DNA of 42,080 nt from an uncultured bacterium (GCA_964619725.1 CAZUFC010000070.1:1-42080), one strand, 5' to 3'; shown: positions 9,933-21,008, counted from the stretch's first letter. Made by a program: numbers and translations. Notes: generated from the letters alone by a model not told the origin.

Positions 9933-12900
9933 ATGAGTGAAAAAATAACATTGTCGAAGACTTACGAACCGGTAAGCGTTGAAAAATCGATTTATGACAT
10001 TTGGTTGAAAAGCGGCGCTTTTCATGCTGCTCCTGACGAAAGGGGACCGGACAGGCGATATGTGGTTATGATGCCTCTGCCGAACGTGACGGGAGCTTTA
10101 CATATGGGTCATGCCATGGACAATGTGATGCAGGACCTTTTGATACGATGGCATCGCATGCTGCAGGACAACACTTTATGGATGCCCGGCACAGATCATG
10201 CGGGTATAGCGACCCAGGCCGTAGTAGAGAAGCGGATGAAAGAGCTTGAGGGATTGACTCGACTGGATGTGGGCCGGGAAGGCCTGATATCCCGGATATG
10301 GAAGTGGAAAGATCAATTTCAGGCTCGCATCATAGAGCAGCAGCAGAAAATGGGCTGCAGTTGCGACTGGTCCAGGCAGCGGTTCACCATGGACGCGGTG
10401 TGCGCTCGTGCGGTCAGGCACGCTTTTTTCCGGATGTTCGACGACGGACTGATCGTAAGAGGAAAGCGTTTGGTCAACTGGGATGCCTATCTGCAAACCA
10501 GCATCTCCGATGATGAGGTTTATCATGAAACCGTTCAGGGGCATTTCTGGCATTTGAAATATCCGGTCATCGATTCCCGGCCCGGAGACCCTCAATACGC
10601 CGTAGTGGCGACCACGCGTCCTGAGACGATGCTGGGCGATACTGCCGTAGCGGTGCATCCTGATCCCGAAGCGGCATTAAAGCGGATTCTTGAAGAAACT
10701 GAAGAACAATTAAGGAAAGCCCCGAAAAAAGAACAGGCTCATTTGCAGGATGAGCTGGATGAACTGAAGCGCAGAAAAGCAGAGGAGCTGCCCCGGCTGA
10801 TCAGGTTCAGGGATATGGCCCTGGAAGGACGCGAAGTTATGCTTCCTTTGATGGACCGTCCTATTCCTTTGATCTGCGACGAGTGGGCCAAACCGGACAT
10901 GGGGACGGGAATAGTCAAAATAACGCCTGCGCATGATCAGAATGACTATGAAGTCTGGACCCGCCACAAGGACGATATTGATATAATTAACATACTCAAT
11001 CCTGATGGAACGCTTAACGACAATGCCGGTTCATACAGGGGAATGGACCGTTTTGATGCAAGAGAAAAAGTCATAGAGGATTTAGAGAGTAAAGGATTAA
11101 TGGGAGAGATCGAAGAGCGTGCCGTCGAAATAGGGCACAGCGACCGGAGCAAAACGCCTATTGAACCTTACTTGTCCGATCAGCGTTTTATCCGGATGGG
11201 TGATGTCGAAGGCGGCATCGTAATGGGGAAAGGAACGGACAAGGAACACAAGAGTCCGGGCCTGGTGCAGGCAGCCATGGATGCGGTGATTGACGGCCGG
11301 GTGGAGATACATCCGGAACGTTATACCAAGACCTATCTTGACTGGTTGAGCGAGAAGCGGGATTGGCCTGTCAGCCGCCAGTTATGGTGGGGACATCGCA
11401 TACCGGTGTGGTCGAAGAAAGTGTCCGTCGACGAATTGAACCTGGGCGAGCTGGTTCCGCTTATTAATAAAGCCCCAGGCAGTATGATCGTAAGGATTCA
11501 GCAGACCGATACGTTTGAAAGCTTGCCCGTCAATGATGCCTTTTCATTCGACAAAGAAAAACTTGATCCTGACAAGGACTGCCACATTGACGTCTGCCTT
11601 CTTGAAGACAATGAAATTATTCTGGAAAATCTATCCCAGCTCGGTTACAAGCAGGACCCGGACGTGCTCGATACCTGGTTTTCCTCCGCCTTATGGCCCT
11701 TTTCAACATTGGGTTGGCCTGATCCGGAAACCGCGGAACTGGATGAAAATCAGCCTGCTCTAGGTTCGGTCGGCGATGCTGTGGATTGCCTGGAATACTA
11801 TTATCCCGGCAGTTGCCTGGTTACCGGACGCGACATAATCACTTTATGGGTAGCCCGAATGGTTCTGGCCGGCCTCTATTGCCTGGGCGACATTCCTTTC
11901 AGCGACGTCTTCATTCACGCCAACATCCTTGACGGTAAAGGCGAAAGGATGAGCAAATCCAAAGGCAACGGAATAGACCCCGTGGACATCATCGATACTT
12001 ATGGAACAGATGCCATGAGATACGTCCTGTGCGACATGCAGACGGGAAACCAGGACATCAAGCTTCCCGTAACCGCCGTATGCCCCAATTGCGGACATCA
12101 TAACGACCTCAGCGACACCAGGCACGGCTCCAGCATATTTACCTATGTTTGCGGTAAAACGGCAAAAGGTAAAACCCGGCCGGACTCATGCGGAGCCGAA
12201 TTTGATGTCCTGGGAACCATGCCCGGTATTCCCGCAGCTAAACTCACCAGCGAAAGATTCGAAACAGGGTGCTCATTCTGTAATAAATTGTGGAACAGCG
12301 TGCGTTTCGCTCTGATGAATCTCGACGAAAACCAGGCCGAAGACAGAGAATTCTCCAATCCTGTCCTCGAAGACCGATGGATACTCGCCAAACTGAACCG
12401 TGCAATCAGAGACGTCAACCGGGCACTGGAAAACTATAATCCCAGCTCAGCGCTTAACGCGGCCACGGAATTTTTCTGGGGCTCCCTCTGCGACTGGTAT
12501 CTGGAACTGATCAAGCCCAGATTACAGGAGAAAAATACGGAATCGGCCAGGAACGCCAAAAAGGTTCTGGCGTTTTGCATCGATCAGGTGTTGAGATTGT
12601 TTCATCCTTTTATCCCTTTTATTACGGAACATCTATGGCAATTGCTGGGAAAATTGACGACAAGCAGAGGATTGGGAACAGTCGCACAAGCTCCCTATTC
12701 CGAATACCTCATCGAAGCGGAATGGCCCGTCCCGTCAGACAGTATGGATGACGACGACTTGCTGCAGCATTTCTCGGAATTGCAATCGATAACCCGAACG
12801 ATAAGAGAAATACGTTCCGACAGGGACATCGCGCCCAAAGCATACGTGACCGCCACTTTGAAACCTCCCAGGCGAAAAGCCGAAGCCTTGAAAGAGCATG

Positions 12901-13229
12901 TTTACATCATTTCGGAAGCGGCAAGAGTATCGGACCTGCAGGTCGATCCGGACGCAAAACGTCCGCCAGGGTCGGCATCACGCATTATAGGAGACATGCA
13001 GGTTTTCGTTCATGACGTCATAAACGATGAGGAAGAACGAGAGCGCTTGAACGAAATGATAAAAAAGGTCGAAGGAGAGATAAAACGCTGTCATAAAACG
13101 CTGGGCAACGAAAAATTTGTGGAAAAAGCTCCCCGTGAAGTCGTTCAGAAACATAAAGACCGCCTGGTTAAATATGAAAAGCAGTTGCATGATTACCGGG
13201 AAAGTTTGAAAGTCATCCAGGGAGATTAA
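9933..13229 (+). CDS. valS: Valine--tRNA ligase
   Basis: PLPNVTGALHMGHA (HIGH), GTDHAGIATQ, ATTRPETMLGD, KITPAHD, SRQLWWGHRIP, DVLDTWFSS, RMSKSKGN (KMSKS), C-terminal coiled-coil arm. Confidence 0.98.
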   Translation: MSEKITLSKTYEPVSVEKSIYDIWLKSGAFHAAPDERGPDRRYVVMMPLPNVTGALHMGHAMDNVMQDLLIRWHRMLQDNTLWMPGTDHAGIATQAVVEKRMKELEGLTRLDVGREGLISRIWKWKDQFQARIIEQQQKMGCSCDWSRQRFTMDAVCARAVRHAFFRMFDDGLIVRGKRLVNWDAYLQTSISDDEVYHETVQGHFWHLKYPVIDSRPGDPQYAVVATTRPETMLGDTAVAVHPDPEAALKRILEETEEQLRKAPKKEQAHLQDELDELKRRKAEELPRLIRFRDMALEGREVMLPLMDRPIPLICDEWAKPDMGTGIVKITPAHDQNDYEVWTRHKDDIDIINILNPDGTLNDNAGSYRGMDRFDAREKVIEDLESKGLMGEIEERAVEIGHSDRSKTPIEPYLSDQRFIRMGDVEGGIVMGKGTDKEHKSPGLVQAAMDAVIDGRVEIHPERYTKTYLDWLSEKRDWPVSRQLWWGHRIPVWSKKVSVDELNLGELVPLINKAPGSMIVRIQQTDTFESLPVNDAFSFDKEKLDPDKDCHIDVCLLEDNEIILENLSQLGYKQDPDVLDTWFSSALWPFSTLGWPDPETAELDENQPALGSVGDAVDCLEYYYPGSCLVTGRDIITLWVARMVLAGLYCLGDIPFSDVFIHANILDGKGERMSKSKGNGIDPVDIIDTYGTDAMRYVLCDMQTGNQDIKLPVTAVCPNCGHHNDLSDTRHGSSIFTYVCGKTAKGKTRPDSCGAEFDVLGTMPGIPAAKLTSERFETGCSFCNKLWNSVRFALMNLDENQAEDREFSNPVLEDRWILAKLNRAIRDVNRALENYNPSSALNAATEFFWGSLCDWYLELIKPRLQEKNTESARNAKKVLAFCIDQVLRLFHPFIPFITEHLWQLLGKLTTSRGLGTVAQAPYSEYLIEAEWPVPSDSMDDDDLLQHFSELQSITRTIREIRSDRDIAPKAYVTATLKPPRRKAEALKEHVYIISEAARVSDLQVDPDAKRPPGSASRIIGDMQVFVHDVINDEEERERLNEMIKKVEGEIKRCHKTLGNEKFVEKAPREVVQKHKDRLVKYEKQLHDYRESLKVIQGD

Positions 13230-13457
13230 AAATGATAAAACACGGGCTGAAAAACGAGTAATACTTATCAAATTTTATTTATCCCACAGCCGTTGCAAAA
13301 GCGATAAGCCTTCATCGGTTCAATTAACGAACGGTTTGTTCGAATGCTCTTCAGGTATGGAGAAATGGCGAAAGGACCGGTTCAAAAAGGTTATGAAGTA
13401 AAGCCCGGCGTGGTTCTATCTCTTTAAGTGATCAAACGTTAAGGGCGGCAATGCAAA

Positions 13458-14285
13458 ATGAAGGATGATGCAGAATTTCCTGAACTGGCGGAAGAAAATC
13501 GCCGTATCTGGAACGCCAATGCTAAATGGTGGGACGATAGAATCGGAGACGGCAACGCTTTCCAGGAAGTATTGATCGAGCCGGCGACGGAACGCTTGCT
13601 GGAAATTTCTCCCGGTCATAAGGTTTTGGACATCGCATGCGGAGCCGGTCGAACGGCGAGAAAATTGACCGGGCTGGGCGCACAAGTAACCGGAATTGAT
13701 TACAGCTCAGAATTCATAGATCGTGCGCGTCTTCGAGGGAAACAAGAAGGGATCGAAGTGACCTATCACGTTATGGATGCGGCAAATGAGGAGGCGCTGG
13801 AGACATTGGGGCGGCGTAGATTCGACCGGGCGGTCTGCACAATGGCCTTGATGGATATGCCGTGTATTGAGCCTCTGATGAGAGCTTTGCACAAGTTGCT
13901 GAAGACGGAGGGTTTATTTGTTTTTTCGACGATTCATCCCTGCTTTCATTCCACGGACGTTCAACGGTTTATGGAAATATGTGAGGACGAAAGGGGAAGG
14001 CATATAACCCGGCGAGGGGTCAAGGTTTATAAATACAAGACGCCGGAAGCCCGAAAAACAGAAGGGATAATCGGCCAGCCGGAGCCGCAGTATTACTTCC
14101 ATCGACCGCTGCATATATTGTTGAACGCGGCTTTCCAGGCCGGCTTCGTCGCGGATGCTCTGGAAGAGCCGTCTTTTTCTTACAGGGAGGAGAGTTCGGA
14201 ACGTTTTCGATGGATGGACATGCCGGAAATACCGCCCATTTTAGTGGTCAGAATGAGGCCGGCAGGAAAGGACATCTCAATATGA
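13458..14285 (+). CDS. Class I SAM-dependent methyltransferase
   Basis: VLDIACGAG motif I, VTGIDYS, FDRAVCTMALMD, GLFVFSTIHPCF. Confidence 0.9.
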   Translation: MKDDAEFPELAEENRRIWNANAKWWDDRIGDGNAFQEVLIEPATERLLEISPGHKVLDIACGAGRTARKLTGLGAQVTGIDYSSEFIDRARLRGKQEGIEVTYHVMDAANEEALETLGRRRFDRAVCTMALMDMPCIEPLMRALHKLLKTEGLFVFSTIHPCFHSTDVQRFMEICEDERGRHITRRGVKVYKYKTPEARKTEGIIGQPEPQYYFHRPLHILLNAAFQAGFVADALEEPSFSYREESSERFRWMDMPEIPPILVVRMRPAGKDISI

Positions 14286-17017
14286 AAGAAAAATTATCGC
14301 GTATGATCCGCTGGTTCATATTACCGGCAATGTTGATGTCGGCGTTGTTCTGCCAGTATTGCCGAATTAACAGGGAATTCGAGTTTAAAGAAGAGGAGCA
14401 TGAGAAGGGAGTAAGCGGCGCCATGCAGGCGCTTGATTTCTGGGCGGCGCAACGGGCTTATCCTTTTAATGCAGTGCCGGACAGGGGGTTCGGAGAAGCT
14501 GTCGAACAAGTGGGGAAAATGAAACGGCAGTCCGACTTAAAAGACGATATAATTGAGCCATGGGAGCTGATCGGACCTTACAACATAGGAGGAAGAACTC
14601 TTTGTCTCACTCTGCATCCGGAGAATCCGGACATTATATACGCCGGCAGCGCCAGCGGGGGACTATGGAAATCGACGACAGGCGGGGTAGGAGCTGAAGC
14701 CTGGGAATATGTCGAAACGGGCTTTCCTGTATTAGGTGTGAGCACGATCGTCATTGATCCCGGTGATCCTGACGTCATGTATATCGGCACGGGAGAAGTT
14801 TATCGATACCAGGATTCAATAGGAGGAGAGGTGATTCGCACCACCAGAGGCAGTTACGGCATAGGCATTCTGAAAACCACGGATGCCGGAGCGACGTGGT
14901 TCAAGAGTCTGGACTGGAGTTACGCTCAGACCCGCGGCATATGGATGCTGGCTTTACATCCAGAGGATTCGACCGTTCTTTATGCCGCTACGACCGAAGG
15001 CGTATTGAAATCGACAGATGCCGGCGATTCCTGGGAGACTATGCTTGACGTACGCATGGCCATGGATGTTCGCATTCATCCGGTTTCACCGAATATTATT
15101 TTTGCAGCCTGCGGCAATTTCAGTTCTGAAGGCGTGGGTATCTACCGCAGCATGAATAACGGACTTATATGGTCCAGGTTGACGAACGGTCTGCCGGGGT
15201 CCTGGAGCGGTAAGGCTCAGTTGAACATAGCCGAGACCGATACGGACAGAATATACGTAAGCATTGCCGAGACCAGCTACGGCAGGGGACTCTACCGCTC
15301 GACCGATATGGGCGACTCGTGGGTTCAGGTCAACTCAACGGATTATCCTCAATATCAAGGGTGGTATTCCCATTACGTGCTGGTCAGTCCGTTCGACGAG
15401 GACTTTCTTTTCACCGGGGGGATAGAGATATGGCGTTCGCAAGATGGGGGTCAGAACCTCTCGGAACGCTCCGACTGGACAGAGATTTACCTGGGAAGTC
15501 CGCCGCCGGAAGGCCCGATCGGAGGTCCTCATTACGCTCATGCCGACCACCATTATGCTGTGTGGCATCCTTACGATCCTGACACTGTGTTCTTTGCTTC
15601 CGACGGCGGGGTGTTCAAGACGACTGACGGCGGCGATACTTTTCAAAGCTTGATCGGAGGTTACGCCACCACTCAGTTTTACAACGGGTTCGCTTCATCG
15701 GCCCATGATCCGAACCTGGCGATAGGAGGAATGCAGGACAACCTGACCGCCATTTACCAGGGCGAAGCCGCCTGGAGAAGGGTTATAGGCGGCGACGGCG
15801 CCTGGGCTGCGATAAATCCTCTGGATAACGACACACTATATGGTTCTGCTCAATACTTATACATGGTTCGTTCCAGAAACGGCGGCAGCAACTGGACGGA
15901 GATCGAACCGCCATCGCAGTCCGGAGACAATACCGCTTTCGTGGCTCCTTATGTCCTTTGTCCTTCGAATCCCCAAATCCTTTATGCCGGCCGGTCTCGC
16001 GTTTACAAAAGTACGGATGAGGGCTCTAATTGGTTTGCGACCAATAACGGAGCAAGATTGGATGGGGCCAATCCCGTCCTGTGCCTGGACGTTGCTTTCA
16101 CAAACGAAAAAGTCGTTTATGCCGGGACCGCGCCCATTAACAATCCCGCAGGCTTTTATCGAACGCTGGACGGCGGAATGAGCTGGCAGGAAGTCACCGG
16201 CAGTCTGCCGGACAGATACCCGGCGGATTGTTATGTGGACCCTAACGAACCAGCCAGAGTCATCGTCACATTTATGGGATATGATAATTCGCATGTTTTT
16301 CTGAGTGAGGATGCCGGGGATTCCTGGCAGGATATCAGCGCAGGATTGCCTGATCTGCCCGTATCAGCGGCCGCCATTGATCCGGAATATCCCGATGTTT
16401 TCTACGCCGGCGCTGATCTGGGCGTCTTCTGTTCCACGGACGCCGGCGTTTCCTGGAGTCCTTTTCAAAACGGCATGCCGACAGCAATGGTAATCGACCT
16501 GAAAATATTCCAGCCGCAACGTAAAATAAGAGCCGCTACGCACGGCAACGGCGTATTCGAACGCAATCTCATTCAACCGCATATGCCCACGGTTTCTCCG
16601 GCTATCTCGCCAACGGCCATGCCCACACTTATCCCCCCGACGCCGACGCCGGCAATAAACTTCGGCGTAGATATCATCCTGCCGCAAAATTATTTCTCAC
16701 CCGGAGATACGTTCACGCTCTCCGCAAAATTAATCAATAACGGTCAAACGCGACCCTACGTACCCTTCTTCTGCATCCTGGACATCTACGGTCGGCTCTT
16801 CTTCTACCCCTCCTGGTCGGAATATCCGCCGGATGTCGACTGGGAATACCTCCCCGTTCCCTCAGGCATAACCGAAAAACGAATTATAGAAGCTTTCACC
16901 TGGCCTCCCATTGACCAGGCCCTGGACGGACTGTTCTTTCATGCCGCATTCCTCGACGAATCCTTCTCCGCTATAGAAGGCCGAATGGATACCGAAGGAT
17001 GGGGGTACGGCCCGTGA
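14282..17017 (+). CDS. Secreted BNR/VPS10-type beta-propeller protein with Pro/Thr linker and conserved C-terminal domain
   Basis: ATG 14282 overlaps the upstream TGA (ATGA); hydrophobic N-terminus; WELIGPYNIGGRT, many S/T.D.G..W repeats, HADHH, GGMQDN, GGDG, AATHGNG. Confidence 0.88.
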   Translation: MKEKLSRMIRWFILPAMLMSALFCQYCRINREFEFKEEEHEKGVSGAMQALDFWAAQRAYPFNAVPDRGFGEAVEQVGKMKRQSDLKDDIIEPWELIGPYNIGGRTLCLTLHPENPDIIYAGSASGGLWKSTTGGVGAEAWEYVETGFPVLGVSTIVIDPGDPDVMYIGTGEVYRYQDSIGGEVIRTTRGSYGIGILKTTDAGATWFKSLDWSYAQTRGIWMLALHPEDSTVLYAATTEGVLKSTDAGDSWETMLDVRMAMDVRIHPVSPNIIFAACGNFSSEGVGIYRSMNNGLIWSRLTNGLPGSWSGKAQLNIAETDTDRIYVSIAETSYGRGLYRSTDMGDSWVQVNSTDYPQYQGWYSHYVLVSPFDEDFLFTGGIEIWRSQDGGQNLSERSDWTEIYLGSPPPEGPIGGPHYAHADHHYAVWHPYDPDTVFFASDGGVFKTTDGGDTFQSLIGGYATTQFYNGFASSAHDPNLAIGGMQDNLTAIYQGEAAWRRVIGGDGAWAAINPLDNDTLYGSAQYLYMVRSRNGGSNWTEIEPPSQSGDNTAFVAPYVLCPSNPQILYAGRSRVYKSTDEGSNWFATNNGARLDGANPVLCLDVAFTNEKVVYAGTAPINNPAGFYRTLDGGMSWQEVTGSLPDRYPADCYVDPNEPARVIVTFMGYDNSHVFLSEDAGDSWQDISAGLPDLPVSAAAIDPEYPDVFYAGADLGVFCSTDAGVSWSPFQNGMPTAMVIDLKIFQPQRKIRAATHGNGVFERNLIQPHMPTVSPAISPTAMPTLIPPTPTPAINFGVDIILPQNYFSPGDTFTLSAKLINNGQTRPYVPFFCILDIYGRLFFYPSWSEYPPDVDWEYLPVPSGITEKRIIEAFTWPPIDQALDGLFFHAAFLDESFSAIEGRMDTEGWGYGP

Positions 17018-17219
17018 TCCGTAAAATTCGAAAAACGCTGATAAAGATTCATCTCTGATAATCTTTTCTGAATGCACGGATCGCAACGAAATTTGATTAA
17101 ATCAACGCTCTTCTGCCAGATGTCATAAAAAGTATAACTATTTCAATGGGTTCTACTTTCCTTAAATCCTGTGAGAAATCCGGGTAAAAAGAGAATCCTG
17201 AAGAGGATCATTCACGCAT

Positions 17220-17265
17220 AAAAAAACGCGATTTCCACAACCTTTGTGCCATGGAAACCGCGTTT
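17220..17265 (-). terminator. Rho-independent terminator of the minus-strand C25 gene
   Basis: Minus strand AAACGCGGTTTCCA-loop-TGGAAATCGCG followed by T7, about 30 nt after the stop. Confidence 0.7.
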
Positions 17266-17293
17266 AATGTCGACGTTGTTTTTATTTCTTCAA

Positions 17294-20200
17294 TTACGGA
17301 CCGAATCCGAAGGTCCATTGACCTATGGCGAGCATGCCTCCAAGGACTTGCTGAAAGTCCTGAGTTGTCATGGCGCTCCAGAAATGAATGCCGTTGAGTT
17401 CGGTCTGTCCTGTTTCAGGCCATTCGAATTCCGTCAGGATTTGCAATATTGATTTGCCGATGGGCAGATAGATCATTTTGAAATCGAAGTCGTTTTTCCA
17501 GTCGTCGTAGAACCAGAGTTCTCCTCCGATGTCCAGTATGACGAAGAAGGGAACGTTGCTCATGGGGACGCCTGAGTAGTTGTAAAGTTCTGCGTCAAGC
17601 CGGCAGGTATCGCCGGGAGTGTAATAATCGGAGGGCATATTGAGGACCACTTTGTAGTCGGATATGTGGTCGGGAGTGGGATCAACGGTCGGCGTCCGGG
17701 TCGGTCCGACGGTCGGAGAAGGCGCGATAGTGGGTGTGGGCAGGAGACATTCCCTGGAATAGGAGACTTTAACATCGTCGATATTCCATCCGCAATAGAC
17801 CCATCCCTGATCGGTGTCGCCCATTACCCATCTGATGTATACCGTTTCCTGATCGTCTGCGTAGTCGGAGATGTCGAACTCCTGGTAGGTCCATTCTTCA
17901 TCGGCTAATTCATCGTCGGGGTTTTCCCATATGGTGTGCCAGAATGAACCGTCATTGGATACGCGAATATACGCGTGATCGTAGGTGCTTCTCTCAACGC
18001 CCAGCCATCTCTGGAACGACAGTTTAACGCCTTCTCTTCCCGAACAGTCAATGGCGTCGGTGGTCAGGTAATGTTCCGGCATGTAATTCGTATAATCGCC
18101 GTTTAAATTGTAGCCGTAAACATTAAAGCCGGTGTGCCCTGATACGGGATCGGGACCTCCATGCTGTCCTCCGTATCCGTTAGGCTGTCCCCAGGCCCAG
18201 GCGCCGCCGGAAACGACCCAGTTCGGCTGAACAGACATATCCTCTTCCATCAGTATGACTTCTTCATAGGTTCCTTCTGCGTAATTGGAACCCTGGTTAT
18301 CGTCCGTCGCTACGTTGCCGGCAAGATCGGCGGATTCGACGTAGAAAACGTAAGTGGTGCATTCGTTCAATTCCGTTATGGTGATTTCATGAAAAGTCGA
18401 CAGCATATCGCTGGTTTTCGTCTGTGAAGGAGTCCCTTCGCCGTAAACCACCGTGCTGGTTGCCTCTTCATCCGTAGACCACTGTATGGTTATCTCGGAT
18501 TCCGTGATATTCGTTACTTCCACTCCCGTTATCTCAGGAGCGACGGCATCCACGGATGCCATGGCGGATTTTTCCACATCTATGCCTCCGTGGCCGTCAT
18601 CCGCATCGATATACGTGGCTGTCACGGCATCATTGTGCTGGACTTCCAGAATTCCGTTGCCCGCAGTCGCCGTTCCTTCTTCCAGGGTTATTTCACCTTC
18701 GAAGAAACAGGAAGAGAATCCCGTTTCATTCAATACCAACGTTTCCTGGTCTCCTGTAAATGTGGTTAAAGTTATTTCCACGGTATCCGGCATCCCGGAA
18801 TTCTCATCCAGGTCAACGTCTCTGACCGACACCACAGCCTGCGATCCCGGAGAATAGATGTTTTTATCCAGTCCTATAGTCCCGTCGCTCGACAGAATCG
18901 TTCCCATTCCCAGATCAGGGTTACCCCAGATAGTCCATTCCGCCATCTCAAATTTCGGATAATACCATCCGTCTATCTGATAAACCTGCATCAAGGCGTT
19001 TTGATGAGCGGCTCCCTGTGTATACTCTCCTGAAGTCACGGCAGTGCTGAAGTAGTAGTCCATAGACTGACTGGAACCGTCAAGCGGATCGTCCCAGGCT
19101 GATGTTCCATACGCGACTTTTGTCGCTCCCACGAAACCTACGGCCCCCTGTTGCAGCATCTTCGCACCTATATTGGTGTAATCGGTATCCGAATTGCTGC
19201 AGGCGTCGGCAAAAATAATGGCGGGATATTCATCGTTCAGGCTGCTGCAGTCCGAGGCTTCGATGAACGGCGCCGAGCCCATGCCCAAAATGTAACAACC
19301 GTAATAAGAACCATGCCCGGCCCAGTTTACGAAAGCGTAAGAACCGGAAGACCATACGGAAACCACGTTGCTCTGAAGGAGCTCATAATCGCATGGATAG
19401 GATGAATAATAACTGCCGTTCTGCTCATACATCCTCGTCATCGTCCAGTCGGCCATCCATGGCTGGTCCACCTTCGCTTCCATCAATACGGCATTGTCCG
19501 TGTCATCCCAAAAATACGCTCCCAGCAACAATATATTCTTCTTGAAAGCCGGATCGTCATTTAATTCGTAAGCCTCAGATTTTTCGCAGATGTGCTCTAC
19601 CGTATCCGCATCGCTCCACGGTATCCTTCCCACGTTAATCTCCGAATAAAAATCAACGTTATCCGAATCGTCGCCGTAGCGCCCGTTGCTATTGCTGTCC
19701 CAGGACTGATCGTCAGGAGCAGATAACTCCGCAAAATAAAAATCAGTCCGGGGTCTTCCATAACCGGCATCCTGCCAGACCGTCCGCATCGGCACATCCG
19801 AATGATGACCGACAAAACACACGTCCTCTATCCCCCACTCCGATGTGGGATACTTCTCCAGCAGGAAATTACGCATCTTCTGGGCGGTATCCGCTCCCGC
19901 ATAATTGCTCTCAATCCAATTTACCGTCACAACTCGCACGTTCCGGCCCTTGTCGCTCTCCCAGTCGACTAAACTCCCAATAGAAGGCCGCAACGCTTCG
20001 GTCGTTATAATCACATAATCATACAATCCTTTGCCGGATGAGCATTTCGGATACCACTCTTGCGCCTGATCATAATTGAGCATGATCAGGCGTGCCTGAC
20101 TCTCCATTCGTGGCTGACAGTCGTATAAAACCGGTTCCCGCATATCGTCATTTTTGCCGGGTAATACATATTCAACTTCTATCGATATCTCCGGGAAATA

Positions 20201-20707
20201 ATAGAGTTTTCCTGAAACAGGATTATATTGGAACGGCGTTATACGAACGTCCGCAAGATTGTATTTTCGATAACCGGCCTGACCGATAAACTCCGCTAAC
20301 CCCGAAGGATAAAGATCATTACTCCCGTATATTCTCTCTTTCGTCATCCTGTAACGTTCCAGTTCCTCAGCATAAATCTCCGGGTTCTCTTCTCCGATGA
20401 CCCGATAAACCGGTACCGCTTTAACCTCATATTGGCCCGGAAACTCGACGGTCTGTTTCGATTTAACTTTTACTCCCTGGATTTCCGCTCCCGGAGGAAC
20501 CGCAACCGCGAAAATTCGCGAAGGAAGCCTGGGAGCGCCGGGTACGTTCACATAACCGAAGCCCTCCACACTCACTTCGCTCTTCCCGTCGACATAATTG
20601 ATATTGTACTCGCCGACGGGGATATTAACCTCAATGTTCTCCGCCAGGCACTGCGCCGGCGTCCATATTAAAAGGGACAAAATAAACACCCAGTTGATTT
20701 TGTTCAT
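17294..20707 (-). CDS. C25 family peptidase with propeptide, Ig-like, FN3-like and adhesin-like domains, Pro/Thr linker and conserved C-terminal domain
   Basis: ATG 20707 after AAGGGAG; signal peptide MNKINWVFILSLLIWTPAQCLA; YDYVIIT, INVGRIP, catalytic NWAGHGS and FADACSN, TIWGNPD. Confidence 0.9.
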   Translation of the reverse strand: MNKINWVFILSLLIWTPAQCLAENIEVNIPVGEYNINYVDGKSEVSVEGFGYVNVPGAPRLPSRIFAVAVPPGAEIQGVKVKSKQTVEFPGQYEVKAVPVYRVIGEENPEIYAEELERYRMTKERIYGSNDLYPSGLAEFIGQAGYRKYNLADVRITPFQYNPVSGKLYYFPEISIEVEYVLPGKNDDMREPVLYDCQPRMESQARLIMLNYDQAQEWYPKCSSGKGLYDYVIITTEALRPSIGSLVDWESDKGRNVRVVTVNWIESNYAGADTAQKMRNFLLEKYPTSEWGIEDVCFVGHHSDVPMRTVWQDAGYGRPRTDFYFAELSAPDDQSWDSNSNGRYGDDSDNVDFYSEINVGRIPWSDADTVEHICEKSEAYELNDDPAFKKNILLLGAYFWDDTDNAVLMEAKVDQPWMADWTMTRMYEQNGSYYSSYPCDYELLQSNVVSVWSSGSYAFVNWAGHGSYYGCYILGMGSAPFIEASDCSSLNDEYPAIIFADACSNSDTDYTNIGAKMLQQGAVGFVGATKVAYGTSAWDDPLDGSSQSMDYYFSTAVTSGEYTQGAAHQNALMQVYQIDGWYYPKFEMAEWTIWGNPDLGMGTILSSDGTIGLDKNIYSPGSQAVVSVRDVDLDENSGMPDTVEITLTTFTGDQETLVLNETGFSSCFFEGEITLEEGTATAGNGILEVQHNDAVTATYIDADDGHGGIDVEKSAMASVDAVAPEITGVEVTNITESEITIQWSTDEEATSTVVYGEGTPSQTKTSDMLSTFHEITITELNECTTYVFYVESADLAGNVATDDNQGSNYAEGTYEEVILMEEDMSVQPNWVVSGGAWAWGQPNGYGGQHGGPDPVSGHTGFNVYGYNLNGDYTNYMPEHYLTTDAIDCSGREGVKLSFQRWLGVERSTYDHAYIRVSNDGSFWHTIWENPDDELADEEWTYQEFDISDYADDQETVYIRWVMGDTDQGWVYCGWNIDDVKVSYSRECLLPTPTIAPSPTVGPTRTPTVDPTPDHISDYKVVLNMPSDYYTPGDTCRLDAELYNYSGVPMSNVPFFVILDIGGELWFYDDWKNDFDFKMIYLPIGKSILQILTEFEWPETGQTELNGIHFWSAMTTQDFQQVLGGMLAIGQWTFGFGP

Positions 20708-20862
20708 GGAATACTCCCTTCCCATGGTTCCGTTTTTCGTCATTACCTTTACCCTTGAATCGGTTTTCATTTCGATTACCGACCTCAGTTAATTAATATA
20801 TTAATAAATTAGACTTATCGCAAGAAATATCATGAAAAAGTCAATTTCGTCCTTCCAGGCGT

Positions 20863-20891
20863 TTGACAATCAGTCCTGCAACTTACATAAT
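20863..20891 (+). promoter_or_regulatory. Putative sigma70 promoter of the DUF456 gene
   Basis: TTGACA(20863-20868)-N17-CATAAT(20886-20891). Confidence 0.55.
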
Positions 20892-21008
20892 TTCTTGTCG
20901 AACTGGCGGGCCGGGTCGTTTGCCGAAAAAGAGACTAATCCGTAATTTTTGCATGGCAATAACCGGCCTTATCAAAAAAGCGCTTCTTCAACACAGGAAT
21001 AACGACTC

